A stretch of DNA of 41,954 nt from Chiloscyllium plagiosum (GCF_004010195.1 NC_057750.1:2162664-2204617), one strand, 5' to 3'; positions 24,308-35,839 are shown, counted from the first letter of the stretch. Translations and numbers: made by a program. Notes: generated by a model not told the origin, from the letters alone.

Positions 24308-24532
24308 CTGATAGCTGAAGCAGGAGAAAGTGAGAACTGCAGATGCTGGAGATCAGAGCTGAAAATGTGTTGCTGGATGGTCAGGCAGCATCCAAGGAGC
24401 AGGAGAATCGACGTTTCAGGAATTCCTGAAGAAGGGCTCATACCCGAAACGTCGATTCTCCTGCTCCTTGGATGCTGCCTGACCTGCTGCGCTTTTCCAG
24501 CAACACATTTTCAGCTCTGATAGCTGAAGCAG
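24308..24532. mobile_element. Foldback Penelope-type insertion with 16-bp TSD and hammerhead-like core
   Basis: ctgatagctgaagcag at 24308-24323 and 24517-24532; inverted arms flank CTGAAGA-A-GGG-ctcata-CCC-GAAA-CGTC (24426-24453). Confidence 0.8.
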
Positions 24533-24724
24533 ACCTAAGAATTGGTTTACTTGCATTCTTAAGCACAGGTTATGTATGATCTGTTGTATTAGGGTGATGA
24601 TCTATGTGGATTAAGTATCTTTAACACTAATGGCCATTGTGCCAGAAGCTGTGAGAATGGTTAGACATGTAAAAGTTAATGACCCAAAATACATCCTTGT
24701 TTAGCTTCTGGGGAGGCACCTGGA

Positions 24725-25060
24725 CAATGACTGCCCAGTGGTATTATCACTGAAATGTTAAATCCAGAAACTCAGCTGATATTCTGAGGACAAGGATTGA
24801 AATCCCACTATGGCAGATGGTGGAAGTTTTGAATTCAATAAAAAAACTCTGGAATTAAGACTCTAATAATGCCCATGAATCCATTGCTGATTGTCAGGAT
24901 AACCTATCTGTGTCACTAATGCCCTTTAAGGAAGGGAATTATCTTACCTGGTCTGGCCTATATGTGACTCCAGACTCTCAGCAATTGCCCCTTGGGCAAT
25001 TAGGGATGGGCAATAAATGCTGGCCCAGCCAGTGACATCCTCATCCTATGAATGAAGAAA
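24725..25060 (+). mobile_element. MER131-like ancient SINE
   Basis: Recalled MER131 core tcactaatgccctttaaggaagg...cttacctggtctggcctatatgtgactccagac...gggcaattagggatgggcaataaatgctggcc; a partial copy lies on minus at about 39600-39720. Confidence 0.6.
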
Positions 25061-25428
25061 CAATTAACCTATAATCAGACTTCAGCAGCCCTTGGGGTTT
25101 ATCCAGATACGGTTAGCAGCTTTGGAGTGATGGAGGGATGCTTTCATGTTAGTTATAGTTTTAAAAGCTCCATCTGTGTGTTATATTTCTCTTTGAGCTG
25201 TTGTACCAGTTGCCTGATTAAAGTACTGCAAATTTATCAGGAACTGAAAGGTGTCGGGAATTCTGCTTTGGCTTTCCATCTCTGACTGCAAACCAGGAAA
25301 GTGTGATGAATCTTTTCGGCTGATCGAAACAGCTCCTTTTTGTTGTAAACTGGTATTTCATCATAACCATGTCCCGAGATTTCCTGTAAAAGGGGATGTT
25401 TTTGTAGTTTGTAACTTTTCCATTCCAG

Positions 25429-25616
25429 TATTTTATCATATCAAATTCCAAACAATCGGAAGCTGAGAAGGAAAGCGGAAAGGGAGAAACATTTCGGAAT
25501 TGTCTCCCGGAAAGAGCGGCTGCTTTACGCTCGAACCCAGAAGCCTGTGGTGAAGGCAAAACCTGATCCTAACACCAACCCTGCCAGAGACTTCTATGAC
25601 CTGTGGTCAAATATCG
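25429..25616 (+). CDS. NOP53: NOP53 exon 4 (ILSYQIPNNRKLRRK...RDFYDLWSNI)
   Basis: ttccag| and |gtaag; 188 nt, phases 2/1; Q.PN.RKL and FYDLW motifs. Confidence 0.93.
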
Positions 25617-26208
25617 GTAAGAGAGTGGCTCAGCTTTGACAAACTATACGTCCGGCGTGTGCATGGTTCAATTCCCTGCCCCTACCTCACAGACATGGTC
25701 AGTTCCACCCACACAGGCCAATAATGCCATCATTGTGACATCCAAGCTGTTCAGGGAGTGTTGGCAAGCTCTTGCACTCTTGTGTGAGGGAGATGGCTGG
25801 AAGTGGGGTATTGCTGAGGTTGGTGGAGTGCGAATGAGAAACCGAGAATGCTGGAAAATACACAACGAATCCCCCGTTGGGGGAAGAGAACAAGAAACAG
25901 TGATACTAAAACTGAAAAGAATCGCGTGAATGACCTGAAATGTTAACACACTTTCTCTGGCAATAAATCCTGTGCAATTTTCCCAGCATTTTCCGTGTTT
26001 TAAAATTTAACTCCAGTGTCTACGTTTGAGTTATTGTTGGCAGACCCCAATTGGGATCCGATTCTTCTCTCAAGCCTGGCCTGAAACTTCCCTGACATTC
26101 CCTGTATCATCCCTGAATGCTCTCTGGCCACTATGAGTGGAACGTGTACGAGTCCATGCAGCTCACCCCTGATATTGCTGAACTAATCAGTGCTTTTTGT
26201 TTTTTGAG

Positions 26209-26279
26209 GTCCCCTAGATAAGGAGCTGGAAGGCAAAGACGCGTGGTTTTTGGAGCAGACCAAGAAGAAACGACTGAAG
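26209..26279 (+). CDS. NOP53: NOP53 exon 5 (GPLDKELEGKDAWFLEQTKKKRLK)
   Basis: tttttgag| and |gttggt; FLEQTKKK motif; an alternative in-frame acceptor lies at 26218. Confidence 0.9.
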
Positions 26280-26367
26280 GTTGGTGTCAAGTGATTTTAG
26301 AGTCCCTGTATTCGGGTGAGGCTTTTCATCTCTTTTTAAAATGCAACTGTGTTAAACTAACAGCCCT

Positions 26368-26695
26368 TAGAACATAGAACATAGAAGAATACAGCGCAGT
26401 ACAGGCCCTTCGGCCCTCGATGTTGCGCCGATCCAAGCCCACCTAACCTACACTAGCCCACTATCCTCCATATGCCTATCCAATGCCCGCTTAAATGCCC
26501 ATAAAGAGGGAGAGTCCACCACTGCTACTGGCAGGGCATTCCATGAACACACGACTCGCTGAGTAAAGAACCTACCCCTAACATCTGTCCTATACCTACC
26601 ACCCCTTAAGTTAAAGCTATGCCCCCTTGTAATAGCTGACTCCATACGTGGAAAAAGATTCTCACTGTCGACCCTATCTAAACCCCTAATCATCT
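26368..26695 (-). mobile_element. CR1-type 3' end with (ttctatg)n tail
   Basis: Minus ORF IRGLDRVDSENLFPRME...FFTQRVVCSWNALP; same subfamily as the inner element at 11487. Confidence 0.9.
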
Positions 26696-27261
26696 GTGCC
26701 CTTGGTTGGGCACAGTAACAAAATCCAAATTTAATGGCCAACAGAAACAGAGCAAATCAAAATAACGTTGTCTGGGTGACAATGCAGCCCAGCCCCTATG
26801 GTGCCCACCAGTCTCTAAAGGCCTCTGTCATGCCGTGAACATCTCACGTTCCCTCACAATGGAAACTGGATTGTGGACGTTACTGTGAAAAAGGGTGGGA
26901 CACTCAGGCACCATGACTAACCCCAGCCCACTGTCTGGACCTGTTCATGGCCACTGCATTGAGGTTTACGTGCTGTATTAGGGGTATAGCAGTGTATCGA
27001 TGCAGGATGGGCACATTAACGGGAGGAGAACCTTGAGCACCTTGAATTCCCTGCTCTTCCATTCAGTTCAATTGTTTTAAACAAAACTGTTAGACATGCA
27101 CTGTGTTAGGACAGTTAGGGCCACTTAGAATGGGTAACACTGTAACCACAGGGAATATTTCCAGTCTCCGTATGTGTTCCCATCAAGGAAGCCAGTTTGT
27201 GTCTCTAGCTGGAGGTGAAGAGAGTTGTTGCCTTCAATCTGTGATCTTTGTTTCTGAACAG

Positions 27262-27357
27262 CGGCCACAGAAACTAAACCAAAAACCATCCCAGGTCTCG
27301 GCGATCGAAGTGATTGCACCGGGCGGATCGTACAACCCCACCTTTGAATCTCACCAG
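27262..27357 (+). CDS. NOP53: NOP53 exon 6 (RPQKLNQKPSQVSAIEVIAPGGSYNPTFESHQ)
   Basis: aacag| and |gtaac; 96 nt; hallmark GxSYNP motif. Confidence 0.95.
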
Positions 27358-27654
27358 GTAACGTGGGCTCGAGCGACAATCCAGCTGTTGCTGCGGGTGT
27401 TTCAGCAGCGATTACATCTGCACAGAGCTGGGAAGAGAAAGGAGAAGCTGTTGGAAATGAACAAGGTGGTGGCCTTTGGCCCTCTTTCAAACAGGCTTTG
27501 TCAGCCTGTGTCTGTCACATTTACTGCTTGTTCTTCCTGTATTCTTTCATGGGACGTGGGCATCACCAGTAAGGCAGGCAGTTGTTCACTTTGGATTGAG
27601 TGAGTTGCTCAGTCATTTCTGAGTGTTGTTACTCGTAACCCAGACTGTTGTTAG

Positions 27655-28604
27655 TCTGCAGTTTATATAAATGACTTGGATGAGAAGGTTGAGGGGTTGG
27701 TTAGTAAGTTTGTCGATGACACAAAGGTTGGAGGTGTCATTGATAGTATCGAGGGCTATTGCAGGCTGCAGCGCGACATAGACAGGATGCAGAACTGCAC
27801 TGAGAAATGGCAGCTGGAGTTCAACCTGGATAAATGCGAAGTGATGCATTTTGGAAGGTCAAACTTGAATGCTAAATATAGGATTAAAGACAGGATTCTT
27901 AGTGGTGTGGAGGAACTTGGTGTTCAAGTGCATAGATCCCTCAAAGTTACCACCCAAGTGGATAGGGTTGTTAAGAAAGCATATGGTGTGTTGGCTTTCA
28001 TTTACAGGGGGATCAAGTTTTAAGAGCCGCAAGGTTTTGCTGCAGCTTCACAAAACCCTGGTGAGACCACACTTGGAATTTTGTGCCCAGTTCCGGTCGC
28101 CCTGTTATAGGAAAGTTGTGGAGGCTTTGGAGGGGGTGCAAAGAAGGTTTACCAGGACCCTGCCTGGACTGGAGGGCTTGCCTTACAAAGAGAGGTTGAC
28201 CAAGCTCAGACTTTTCTTTCTGGAGAGAAGGAGGAAGAGAGGAGACCTGAGGTGTACAAGGTAATGAGAGGAACAGATAGAGTCAATAGCCAGAGACTAT
28301 TCCCCAGGGCAGGATTGGCTGGCATGAGGAGTCATAGTTTTAAGATATTAGGAGGAAGGTATAGAGGAGCTGTTGGAGGTAGGTTCTTTACACAGAGAGT
28401 TGTGAATGCATGGAATGTGTTCCCAGTGATGGTGGTGGAAGCAGAGTCATTAGGGACATTTAAGCGACTGCTGGACATGCACTTGGACAGCAGTGAATTG
28501 AGGGGAGCGTAGGTTAGGTTATTTTATTTTAGATTAGGATTAATCCTTGGCACAACATTGTGGGCCGAAGGGCCTGTACTGTGCTGAACTGCCCTATGTT
28601 CTAT
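27655..28604 (+). mobile_element. 5'-truncated CR1 LINE (RT C-terminus to 3' tail), frameshifted
   Basis: SKFVDDTKVGG...LQRDIDR...WQLEFNLDKCEVMHFG; LVRPHLEFCAQF; FFTQRVVNAWN, spread over three frames. Confidence 0.93.
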
Positions 28605-28874
28605 CTCCTCATCGCAGCTTTGTGTCTGAAACATCTCTGTGAGCTGCTGAACCAAATTGAAGGTGTGGGACATTATGTCAGAAATAGGAGCAGGTACAGC
28701 TATTCAGTCTTCTTAAGTCTGCCCTGTCATTATGTAAGATCATAACTGATCTACTCATCATAGCCCTCAACTTGGTGAGATTTCAGCGATCAGTAGCCAT
28801 CATAAGGAGTGCCAGATCAGCTGTGATCCCACTGAATGGTGGAGCAGGACTGTGTGGCCAACTTCCACCCCAAC

Positions 28875-29030
28875 TCTATCTCTCGGTTCGCTGACAACAC
28901 GGATGGTTTTGATTGGATCTCAAAGAACAACTAGCCAGAATAGAGGAAAGAGAGTGCTTCCTGGCATGGTGTAATGATCTCTGTCAATGTTAGCAAAACA
29001 AAGGGTGGTCATTGACTTCAGGAATATGTG
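28875..29030 (+). mobile_element. Decayed Rex1/Babar-like RT fragment
   Basis: Remnants RFADNT..., WC..., SVNVSKTK..., VIDFR typical of this LINE clade. Confidence 0.5.
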
Positions 29031-29034
29031 GGTG

Positions 29035-30405
29035 GACTGAGAAAATCAGATGGTATTGGCTCCCAAGAAAATAAATTTATGGAATGTCTACAAGGTGGTT
29101 TTTTTGCAGCAGTTTGTGATAGAGCCCACGAGGGAACAGGCAGTTCTGGGTTTGGTGATGTGTAATGAGGCAGGCTCAATTAGGGAGCAGATGGTGAAGG
29201 GACCCCTCTAGGGGGCAGTGACCACAATATGATGGAGGGAGTTTGAGGTGTAGGCACGGTGGCTCAGTGGTTAGCACTGCTGCCTCACAGCACCAGAGAC
29301 CCGGGTTCAATTCCCGCCTCAGGCGACTGACTGTGTGGAGTTTGCACGTTCTCCCCGTGTTTGCGTGGGTTTCCTCCGGGTGCTCCGGTTTCCTCCCACA
29401 GTCCAAAGATGTGCAGGTCAGGTGAATTGGCCATACTAAATTGCCCGTAGTGTTAGGCAAGGGGTAAATGTAGGGGTATGGGTGGGTTTCGCTTCGGCGG
29501 GTCGGTGTGGACTTGTTGGGCCGAAGGGCCTGTTTCCACACTGTAATCTAATCTAATCTAATCTGAATCTGATGTAATGTTGTTACAATTGAGTAAGAGG
29601 AACTGCAGAGGCATGAGGAAGGCACTGGCCAGAGTTGGAACAGCAGTCTAGCAGGGAAGATGGTGCAGCAGCGAGGCAGGAGTTTCTGAGGGTAATTCAA
29701 GAGACACAGCGGAAATTCAAAGCAAGTGAGGAAAAGCGTACTGAGGGGAGAATGAGGCAACCGTGGCTGACAAGGGAAGTCAAGGACAGCAGAAAAGCAA
29801 AAGGAAAAGCATACAATTGTGGTGAAGATTAGTGGGAAGCCTTTCCAACCAACACAGGATAACTAAAAAAAGCAATAAGGGTGGGGAAGCTGAAATATGA
29901 AGGTAAGCTCGCTGGTAAAGTGAAACAGGAGTTTTTTCCTAAGATATGAAAGGTAAGCAGGAGGCAAGAGCAGACATTTGGACCACTGGAAAACGAGGCT
30001 GGAAAAGTCATAATAGAGAAATGACAGAGAAACTGAATGGGTACTTGAAGACACTAGCAGCAGATCAGAACGTTAAGGGGATGAGGGGCTTGTCATGGGA
30101 GGAGCAGTTGAGGACACTGGGTCTGTAATTGATGGAATATAAAGGATGGATGGGGAGAGGAATTTCATTAAAACTCAGAATACTGAGAGACCTGGATAGA
30201 GTGGACATGGCGAAGATGTTTCCTTTGGTAGGAGAGACAAGGACCTAAGGGCACAGCCTCAGAGTGAATGGGCCTCCATTTAGGACTGAGATGAGGAGGA
30301 ATCTCTTCAGCCAGAGGGTGGGGACTGTGTGCAACTCATTGCTGCAGGGAACTGTGGAGGCCAAGTCATTGAGGGTCTTTAAGACTGAGATAGATTAGAT
30401 TAGAT
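29035..30405 (+). mobile_element. Old internally deleted CR1 element interrupted by a SINE
   Basis: FLQQFVIEPTREQAVL, QPWLTREVKD and GLSWEEQLRTLGL remnants. Confidence 0.7.
29253..29566 (+). mobile_element. Young full-length HE1-like V-SINE
   Basis: Intact A and B boxes, V core, many CpGs retained, (taatc)n tail. Confidence 0.95.
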
Positions 30406-30617
30406 CAGGAGTGAAGCGAGGTACACGTGGAGTTTTTATTATCAAACATCCTCTCAGTGACTGATGGTTATTGCTTTAACACTTTAGATAAAGGTACTTT
30501 TAAATTATATCTATTTGTATGACATGTAGTAGCAAGCATTTATCTTGCTGGTGTTACAGCCCATGGCCATGGGTTGCTGTTGAATTATTAACACATTTAA
30601 AATCCTTGTCAGCACAG

Positions 30618-30722
30618 GCTCTACTATTTGAAGCTCATGAAGTGGAAGTTAAGAAACTGAGAGCTAAGGAGAGGATTGCTCGACAAGTGGCGTTTCCATC
30701 TTGCGAGGAGCTTCCCACAGAG
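30618..30722 (+). CDS. NOP53: NOP53 exon 7 (ALLFEAHEVEVKKLRAKERIARQVAFPSCEELPTE)
   Basis: cacag| and |gtagg; 105 nt, phase 0/0; AHEVE motif. Confidence 0.92.
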
Positions 30723-30744
30723 GTAGGACCCTCTTTGCTGTTCT

Positions 30745-31040
30745 CGCTGAGGGATGCTGCACTGTCCAAGGGACCACCTTCTTGAGATATTAAACCAGGG
30801 CTCCAGCCATCTACTCACTGGGCATAAAGGATCCCACAGAGCTATTTCAGAAAGAACAGGGAAGTTAACCCAATGATCAATATTTGTCCCTAAAATAGAT
30901 GACCTCATTATTATCACATTGCTGTTTATGGGATCTTGTGCTGTTTCCAGAGTTACAGCAATGACCACAATGACTTCATTGACTGTAAAACATTTCAATT
31001 GTCCACTGTTTGTGAAGGATGCAATAAAAATCCAAGGCTT
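30745..31040 (+). mobile_element. DeuSINE-like fragment
   Basis: tgagggatgctgcactgtc...taaaggatcccacagagctatttcag...atcacattgctgtttatgggatcttg; similar to 13845. Confidence 0.55.
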
Positions 31041-31057
31041 TTGTCCATAGAAACATA

Positions 31058-31378
31058 GAATCCTTTTGTGTGGAAGTAGGTTTTGGCCCATCAAGTTCAC
31101 ACCGACACTCCAAAGAGCATCCCACTTAGACCCAACCTCCACCCTAACCCTGTAACCCTGGATTTCCCATGGCTAATCCATCTGCACATCCCTGGGCACC
31201 ATGGTGTATTTTCCCAATGCCAATTCACCCGACCTGCACATCTTTGGACTGTGGGAGGAAACTGGAGCACCCGGAGGAAACCCACGCAGTCACAGGGAGA
31301 ATGTGCAAACTCCACACAGGTGGAATCGAACCCGGGTTCCTGGTGCTGGGAGGCAGCAGTGCTAGCCACTGCGCCACC
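31058..31378 (-). mobile_element. HE1-like V-SINE
   Basis: A/B boxes and V core on the minus strand. Confidence 0.88.
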
Positions 31379-31505
31379 CCTTGTCCTTTTACCCTTTTTC
31401 TGGAATGTGGTTTTGCAGGCTCTTGTTATAGTCTCTTCCTTCTCAAAAACCTGCTGGTGCAGGAATGTTGCCACATTTGCTCAGCTGTTTCCCTCGCCGT
31501 TGTAG

Positions 31506-31679
31506 GAGACGGTGCTGCAGGAACTGTGCCAGGGCCTGTTGGTAGATTCGGATGGTGAAGAGCAGGACAAAGGGCCCAAAGCTGCTGAAGAGCCTGAGGC
31601 CGGCCCGGTGTGGAATGCTGCCTGTTGTGAAAAGAAAACTGAGAAGGAGCGGAAACAAGAGAAACTGATGAGAAAGCAG
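31506..31679 (+). CDS. NOP53: NOP53 exon 8 (ETVLQELCQGLLVDSDGEE...EKKTEKERKQEKLMRKQ)
   Basis: tgtag| and |gtgagt; 174 nt; ELCxGL..SD and EKKTE motifs. Confidence 0.93.
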
Positions 31680-32638
31680 GTGAGTGTAGCACTTCGGCAA
31701 AACGGAGTCCATTCGTCCCACTCGGTCTGTCCCACCAATCACAGTTGATCTGTATTTTAATTCCATCTCCTGCCTTGGTTCTCTAACCCTTAATGTTCTC
31801 GACCTATCAAAATCCATCAGTTTCAGCTTTGAAGAAACTTCCTGTTGCCCCACTCCCTCCCTCAGGGGCAGGGTGACTCCTTTTTAGTTCTCAGGAGACA
31901 CATCTGTGTCTTCAGGGAAGAAATGCTTCCTGAATTCACCCCAGAATGGCCGAACTCCGATTTTAATGTTTGTCCTCTGTTTTGGAATTGAGACAGGCGG
32001 CAGGCTGGATGAGAGGGAACCTTGCTACCAGAGGAAATTGTTGCTGTCTCTTGTACATTCTCTCTTTATTCTTTCTTCTCCTCTCATTAGCCTATTCCTT
32101 TGTCCACTAGCCCACCTGCTGTGTGGGTGCTTCTCTCTCTCTCTCCCCCAACTGATCCTTTCTTCTGTTTGTCTGTCTCTCTCTCTCTCTCACACACATT
32201 CACTCACTCTCTGTCGTACATATGTTCTCTCTCTTGCTTGTGAGCTCTCTCTTTCTCTTTCTCATGCAAGCATCTGTGCTTGCTCTAAGTCTGTCTGTCT
32301 GTCTGTCTCACTCACTCTCTGTCTGACCTTCCAATGTGCCACACCTCTGGTTTGTTGCTGCACTGTAACTTGGATTCATCATTGCTAATATGTTTTAACC
32401 TCTTCCTTGCCTCTTTTTGTTTACCTCTCTCCGCTGCCCAAACGTAACTCTCCTTGTTTGATTATATGTAAACATTTTACATGAATTAACGTTTTCTCAA
32501 AGTGAGAAGACGGAGGACTGTAAACAAAGATGGGTGAAGGTCTGACAGCTTCCTGTGGTTCTTGCTCGAAATGTGACCTGTTCCGTTTCCCAGCCACCTC
32601 TCGGTAAATACAATTTGTCCAGAAAAAATATTATATCC

Positions 32639-32763
32639 CTGCCTGATGATGAGAGACATCCTTGCGCACACAGAATTCCTGTGGTTCTTCTGTCTGGGAA
32701 TGTGAGGATAACACAGGGATTCCTCGGCACTGCCAAGTGGGCAGGCCTGGGAACTGAAGGCAG
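32639..32763 (+). ncRNA. SNORD23: Box C/D snoRNA, SNORD23-like, copy 1 (intron 8)
   Basis: Terminal stem ctgcct/aggcag, C box ATGATGA (32646), D box CTGA (32754), CATCCTTGCGCA element; paralogue at 34728; NOP53 is the known SNORD23 host gene. Confidence 0.85.
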
Positions 32764-33089
32764 AGGAAGTAATTTAATTTAATTTAATCCTAGAGCAGCA
32801 ATTCATCGGCTCAAGCCTTGTTTCTGCTTGTTCTAACACCGTCCTTAAGCACTGTGATTGCGAGGGTATTGAGAATGAGTCCGTACATTAAAAGCAATGT
32901 GTCTGTGAGGAATATCTGCAACAGGGGGAGATGGGTGAGAGTGGAGAGGATCTGACTACGAGATCATCAGAAACTCTGCTCATCCCTCGAGGTGTTCCTT
33001 GTAATGTCTTTCCAGTTTGTGAGGGAAATGTGGTCCCTGCCCGTACTGTTCCAGACTGGACCTCTCAGTGTGCTCCCTCCACCTTTTAG

Positions 33090-33265
33090 TTACAACAGTT
33101 AAAGCAGGAGAAGAAAGCTCAGCAGAAACAGCAGGATCTGTTCCGGCTGCGATCCATTAAGGGGGAAGTCAAGGAACTGGAGCTAAAGCTGGCCAAGAGG
33201 AAAGCCAAGCGGGTGGAGAAGAGGAAGGCAGAGGCCAACAAACCCCGCCGCCTGGGCCGGTTAAA
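33090..33265 (+). CDS. NOP53: NOP53 exon 9 (LQQLKQEKK...DLFRLRSIK...KPRRLGRLK)
   Basis: ttttag| and |gtaag; 176 nt; LFRLRSIK and PRRLGRLK motifs. Confidence 0.95.
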
Positions 33266-34140
33266 GTAAGTGGAGAGGATTCTGGGTATTGCAGCTCGTT
33301 CACAGGCTGATATCAGCTCAAAGTGGGGAGGGAGCTGTTGCTAACTGTGTCTGAGTTTCAGAGGTGCTTTCACTCACATTGAGGAGCCCAGCCCCAGCAA
33401 TGCTCAGCTGCTAACTGACTCTGGAAACCAGATCCCCCACTTCCCTCTCCGCCTGGAATTGTGATCGATGCCTGCGCACAAAGCATTGGCATCAGGAGGT
33501 GGGTAGTCACATGGTGTGATGGCTGGGTGCAGAGAGTGTGGCATCTCAGCTGTAACCTGGCAGTTATTACAGCAGACAGATGCCGTGTGAGAACGGTACC
33601 AGTTGCTTCTGTCAAAATAACAATCCACATTTTGTGAAGCTCGGGCTGTTTGTGAAGCTCCTGCATGTCCTGTTGCTGTCAGAGTTTGGAGGAGTTGGTG
33701 TGAATACTTGGCGAATGTGAATCTCCGAACCAAGTGATGATCCCCTTTTTATCAAGTTACAGGTGATTGGTCTGTCACTTTAACCTGGAGAGGGGCCACC
33801 CCTTGGGAAATGCAGCATTGTCCACAAATGCAGAAGGAGGTTGCACTAAAGCCGAGTGGTTCACTGAGTAGGGTGGGAGTCATCGGACTGCATGTCACTA
33901 CTGCTCCCTCAGCCCCCCACCACCAAAAAAAGGCTGCTTCAGAGAAGCCGTGAGTGTGCAGAGTGGCGACTGTGTGCAGGAATTAATTCCACACAGTTTG
34001 GAAGATATTTTAAATCCAGCCTTAGTGCAGTGTCATGGCTGAGTGAAGTACTGTTTTTTTTAAGTTTGCTTCCAGCAGTATTGGCTGCATGCTGTTGGTG
34101 GGGGAAGATTGTGACTGTATCTCTTTACTCTCCCTGTTAG

Positions 34141-34207
34141 ATATGAAGATCCTGACCTTGATATAAAGCTCAGTGATGAGCTCACAGGGACACTCCGGGC
34201 TCTGAAG
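34141..34207 (+). CDS. NOP53: NOP53 exon 10 (YEDPDLDIKLSDELTGTLRALK)
   Basis: gttag| and |gttggt; 67 nt; LSxELxxxLRxLK motif. Confidence 0.95.
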
Positions 34208-34727
34208 GTTGGTATTGCTGCAGTGTTTGTTTCAAACTGATGAGGGGTTATTGATTATAGAGCTTGAGAAATTCTGCTGTCTTGCTGTTTGTTCTCCTCT
34301 CCACATTCTTCCTTCACTGTCGCTGCCCCGTGCTGTCTAACCACTCGGTGCTCCACTCTTCCCCCTCCCACTTTTGATTTCTCTTCCTCGTTCAATGTAC
34401 TTCCCACAATTGTTGTATTTTCCGATGCCCTCGTCCACTTGTGCCCGCTCCTTTGCCTGTGCCCGCTCCTTCATCTGTGCTTTCACCCCCACTTCTGTGC
34501 GGAGCTATGCCAATGTGCTCCTGCATCATATGAACTGAAAATGAGCTGTATAGAGCAAGAGGAGAATGTTGAGCAGCCCTAACATCTTCCGAGTCCTGCA
34601 TGTTGCTTTCTCCCCTTCTCACAGCTCTTGGTCCACTGCAATGCTGAACAGCTGTCTGGTTTTCTCTTGTATCTGGCCACTCTTGATGCTGTGCTGATGT
34701 TTTGAGCCACAGATTAACAGTGTGCCT

Positions 34728-34856
34728 CCTGCCCGATGATGAGAGCCATCCTTGCGCACAAAGTATTCCTGTCCGTGGATGGGAATGTGAAGAATAGCTC
34801 AGGGTTCCCCAGGCACTGTCGAGTGGGCCTTGCACTGGGGTCTAGGGCAGGGCTGA
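34728..34856 (+). ncRNA. SNORD23: Box C/D snoRNA, SNORD23-like, copy 2 (intron 10), with altered D box
   Basis: Stem cctgccc/gggcagg, C box ATGATGA (34736), identical CATCCTTGCGCACA; the aligned D position reads CTA(G) and a CTGA occurs at 34853. Confidence 0.75.
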
Positions 34857-35839
34857 GTTGTCTGGAACTTCCTACCTCACTAGCCTGCTGACTTGCAGGG
34901 TTCTGTATAACATTTGGCCCTTGCTCTCTGTCTCAAGTTACCAGAGTCACTCTTGTCTGTCTTTCTGTATTAATCCTGCTGTTGCCAAGAAGGAACTATT
35001 GTTTTGTTTTGGTTGGCTGAACGTGTCTTGTGGACTTTGGGGCAGTGAGTCCCTGCGAGAAAGTTCCTATTTTAGATGTTTTGGTGTGTGACACAGTCCG
35101 GGAGAGTGTGCCAGTTATTTTTGGGAGTGGAGCACATATGATTCGGGGTGTTTCGGGGATTTGTGAGGCATGTGATTGTTTTGGGGCGGGAGGTGGACAC
35201 GGGGAGGTTGAAATGAATATTTGAAGTGCTCAGGTTTGTTGACAGTGTGGTCCTACTCCCAGAAGGTGGTCAGTGTTTGCTGGCAGTGTGGTCCTACTCC
35301 CAGAAGGTGGTCAGTGTTTGCTGGAATCCTTGGCAAGGGGAACTCAGTCAAAGTAAAGCTTGATAGGAAAGAATGCAGACAGTGTGACTAAACTGGGGAG
35401 TGAGAGTGTTTAAACACGTCACTCAGAGGAAAGGCTGGTGAACTCTCTGGCTGTGTATATTTGCTGTTTTTTGATATCGTTCCTGTCATTCATTGTCTCT
35501 GTTCTTGCTTCTCTCCCAAAAGTGGTAAATCTGGCCAGGCTAAGGTCAGTACCATTTTCGCCAAAAGACTGTTTTATCAATCTGTTAAAGGATTCCAAAG
35601 AGCAGGCAGGAAAGTGGAATTGAGCTGAGACATTCTCTTATTAATGAGTAGACTGGAAGTGCTGATTGGTCTACTCTTCCTAGTTCTTAACTAGGAAGTT
35701 TGAAGCTAGCTTTAGATTTAATGGGTTCCAACTTCAAATGCTGTCAGGATAATAATTGTAACTTGTAATGGGCTGGATAGAGGTTGCTGTCCCTCTCACG
35801 GTGTGATTTCTGTGTAATGTTTGTTTGTGTTTTTCCCAG

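Noticed and set aside
27676..28512. Reverse transcriptase ORFs as an active or novel RT system
   Set aside because: A 5'-truncated, frameshifted CR1 copy with an altered FADD motif (FVDD); ordinary dead LINE.
29253..29330. tRNA-like A/B boxes here and at 4800, 14650, 15640, 31350 and 37040
   Set aside because: These are SINE heads continuing into the V core and LINE tail, not tRNA genes.
33730..33870. GTGATGA in intron 9 as a third snoRNA
   Set aside because: No terminal stem, no similarity to the two SNORD23-like copies, and no recognisable guide.
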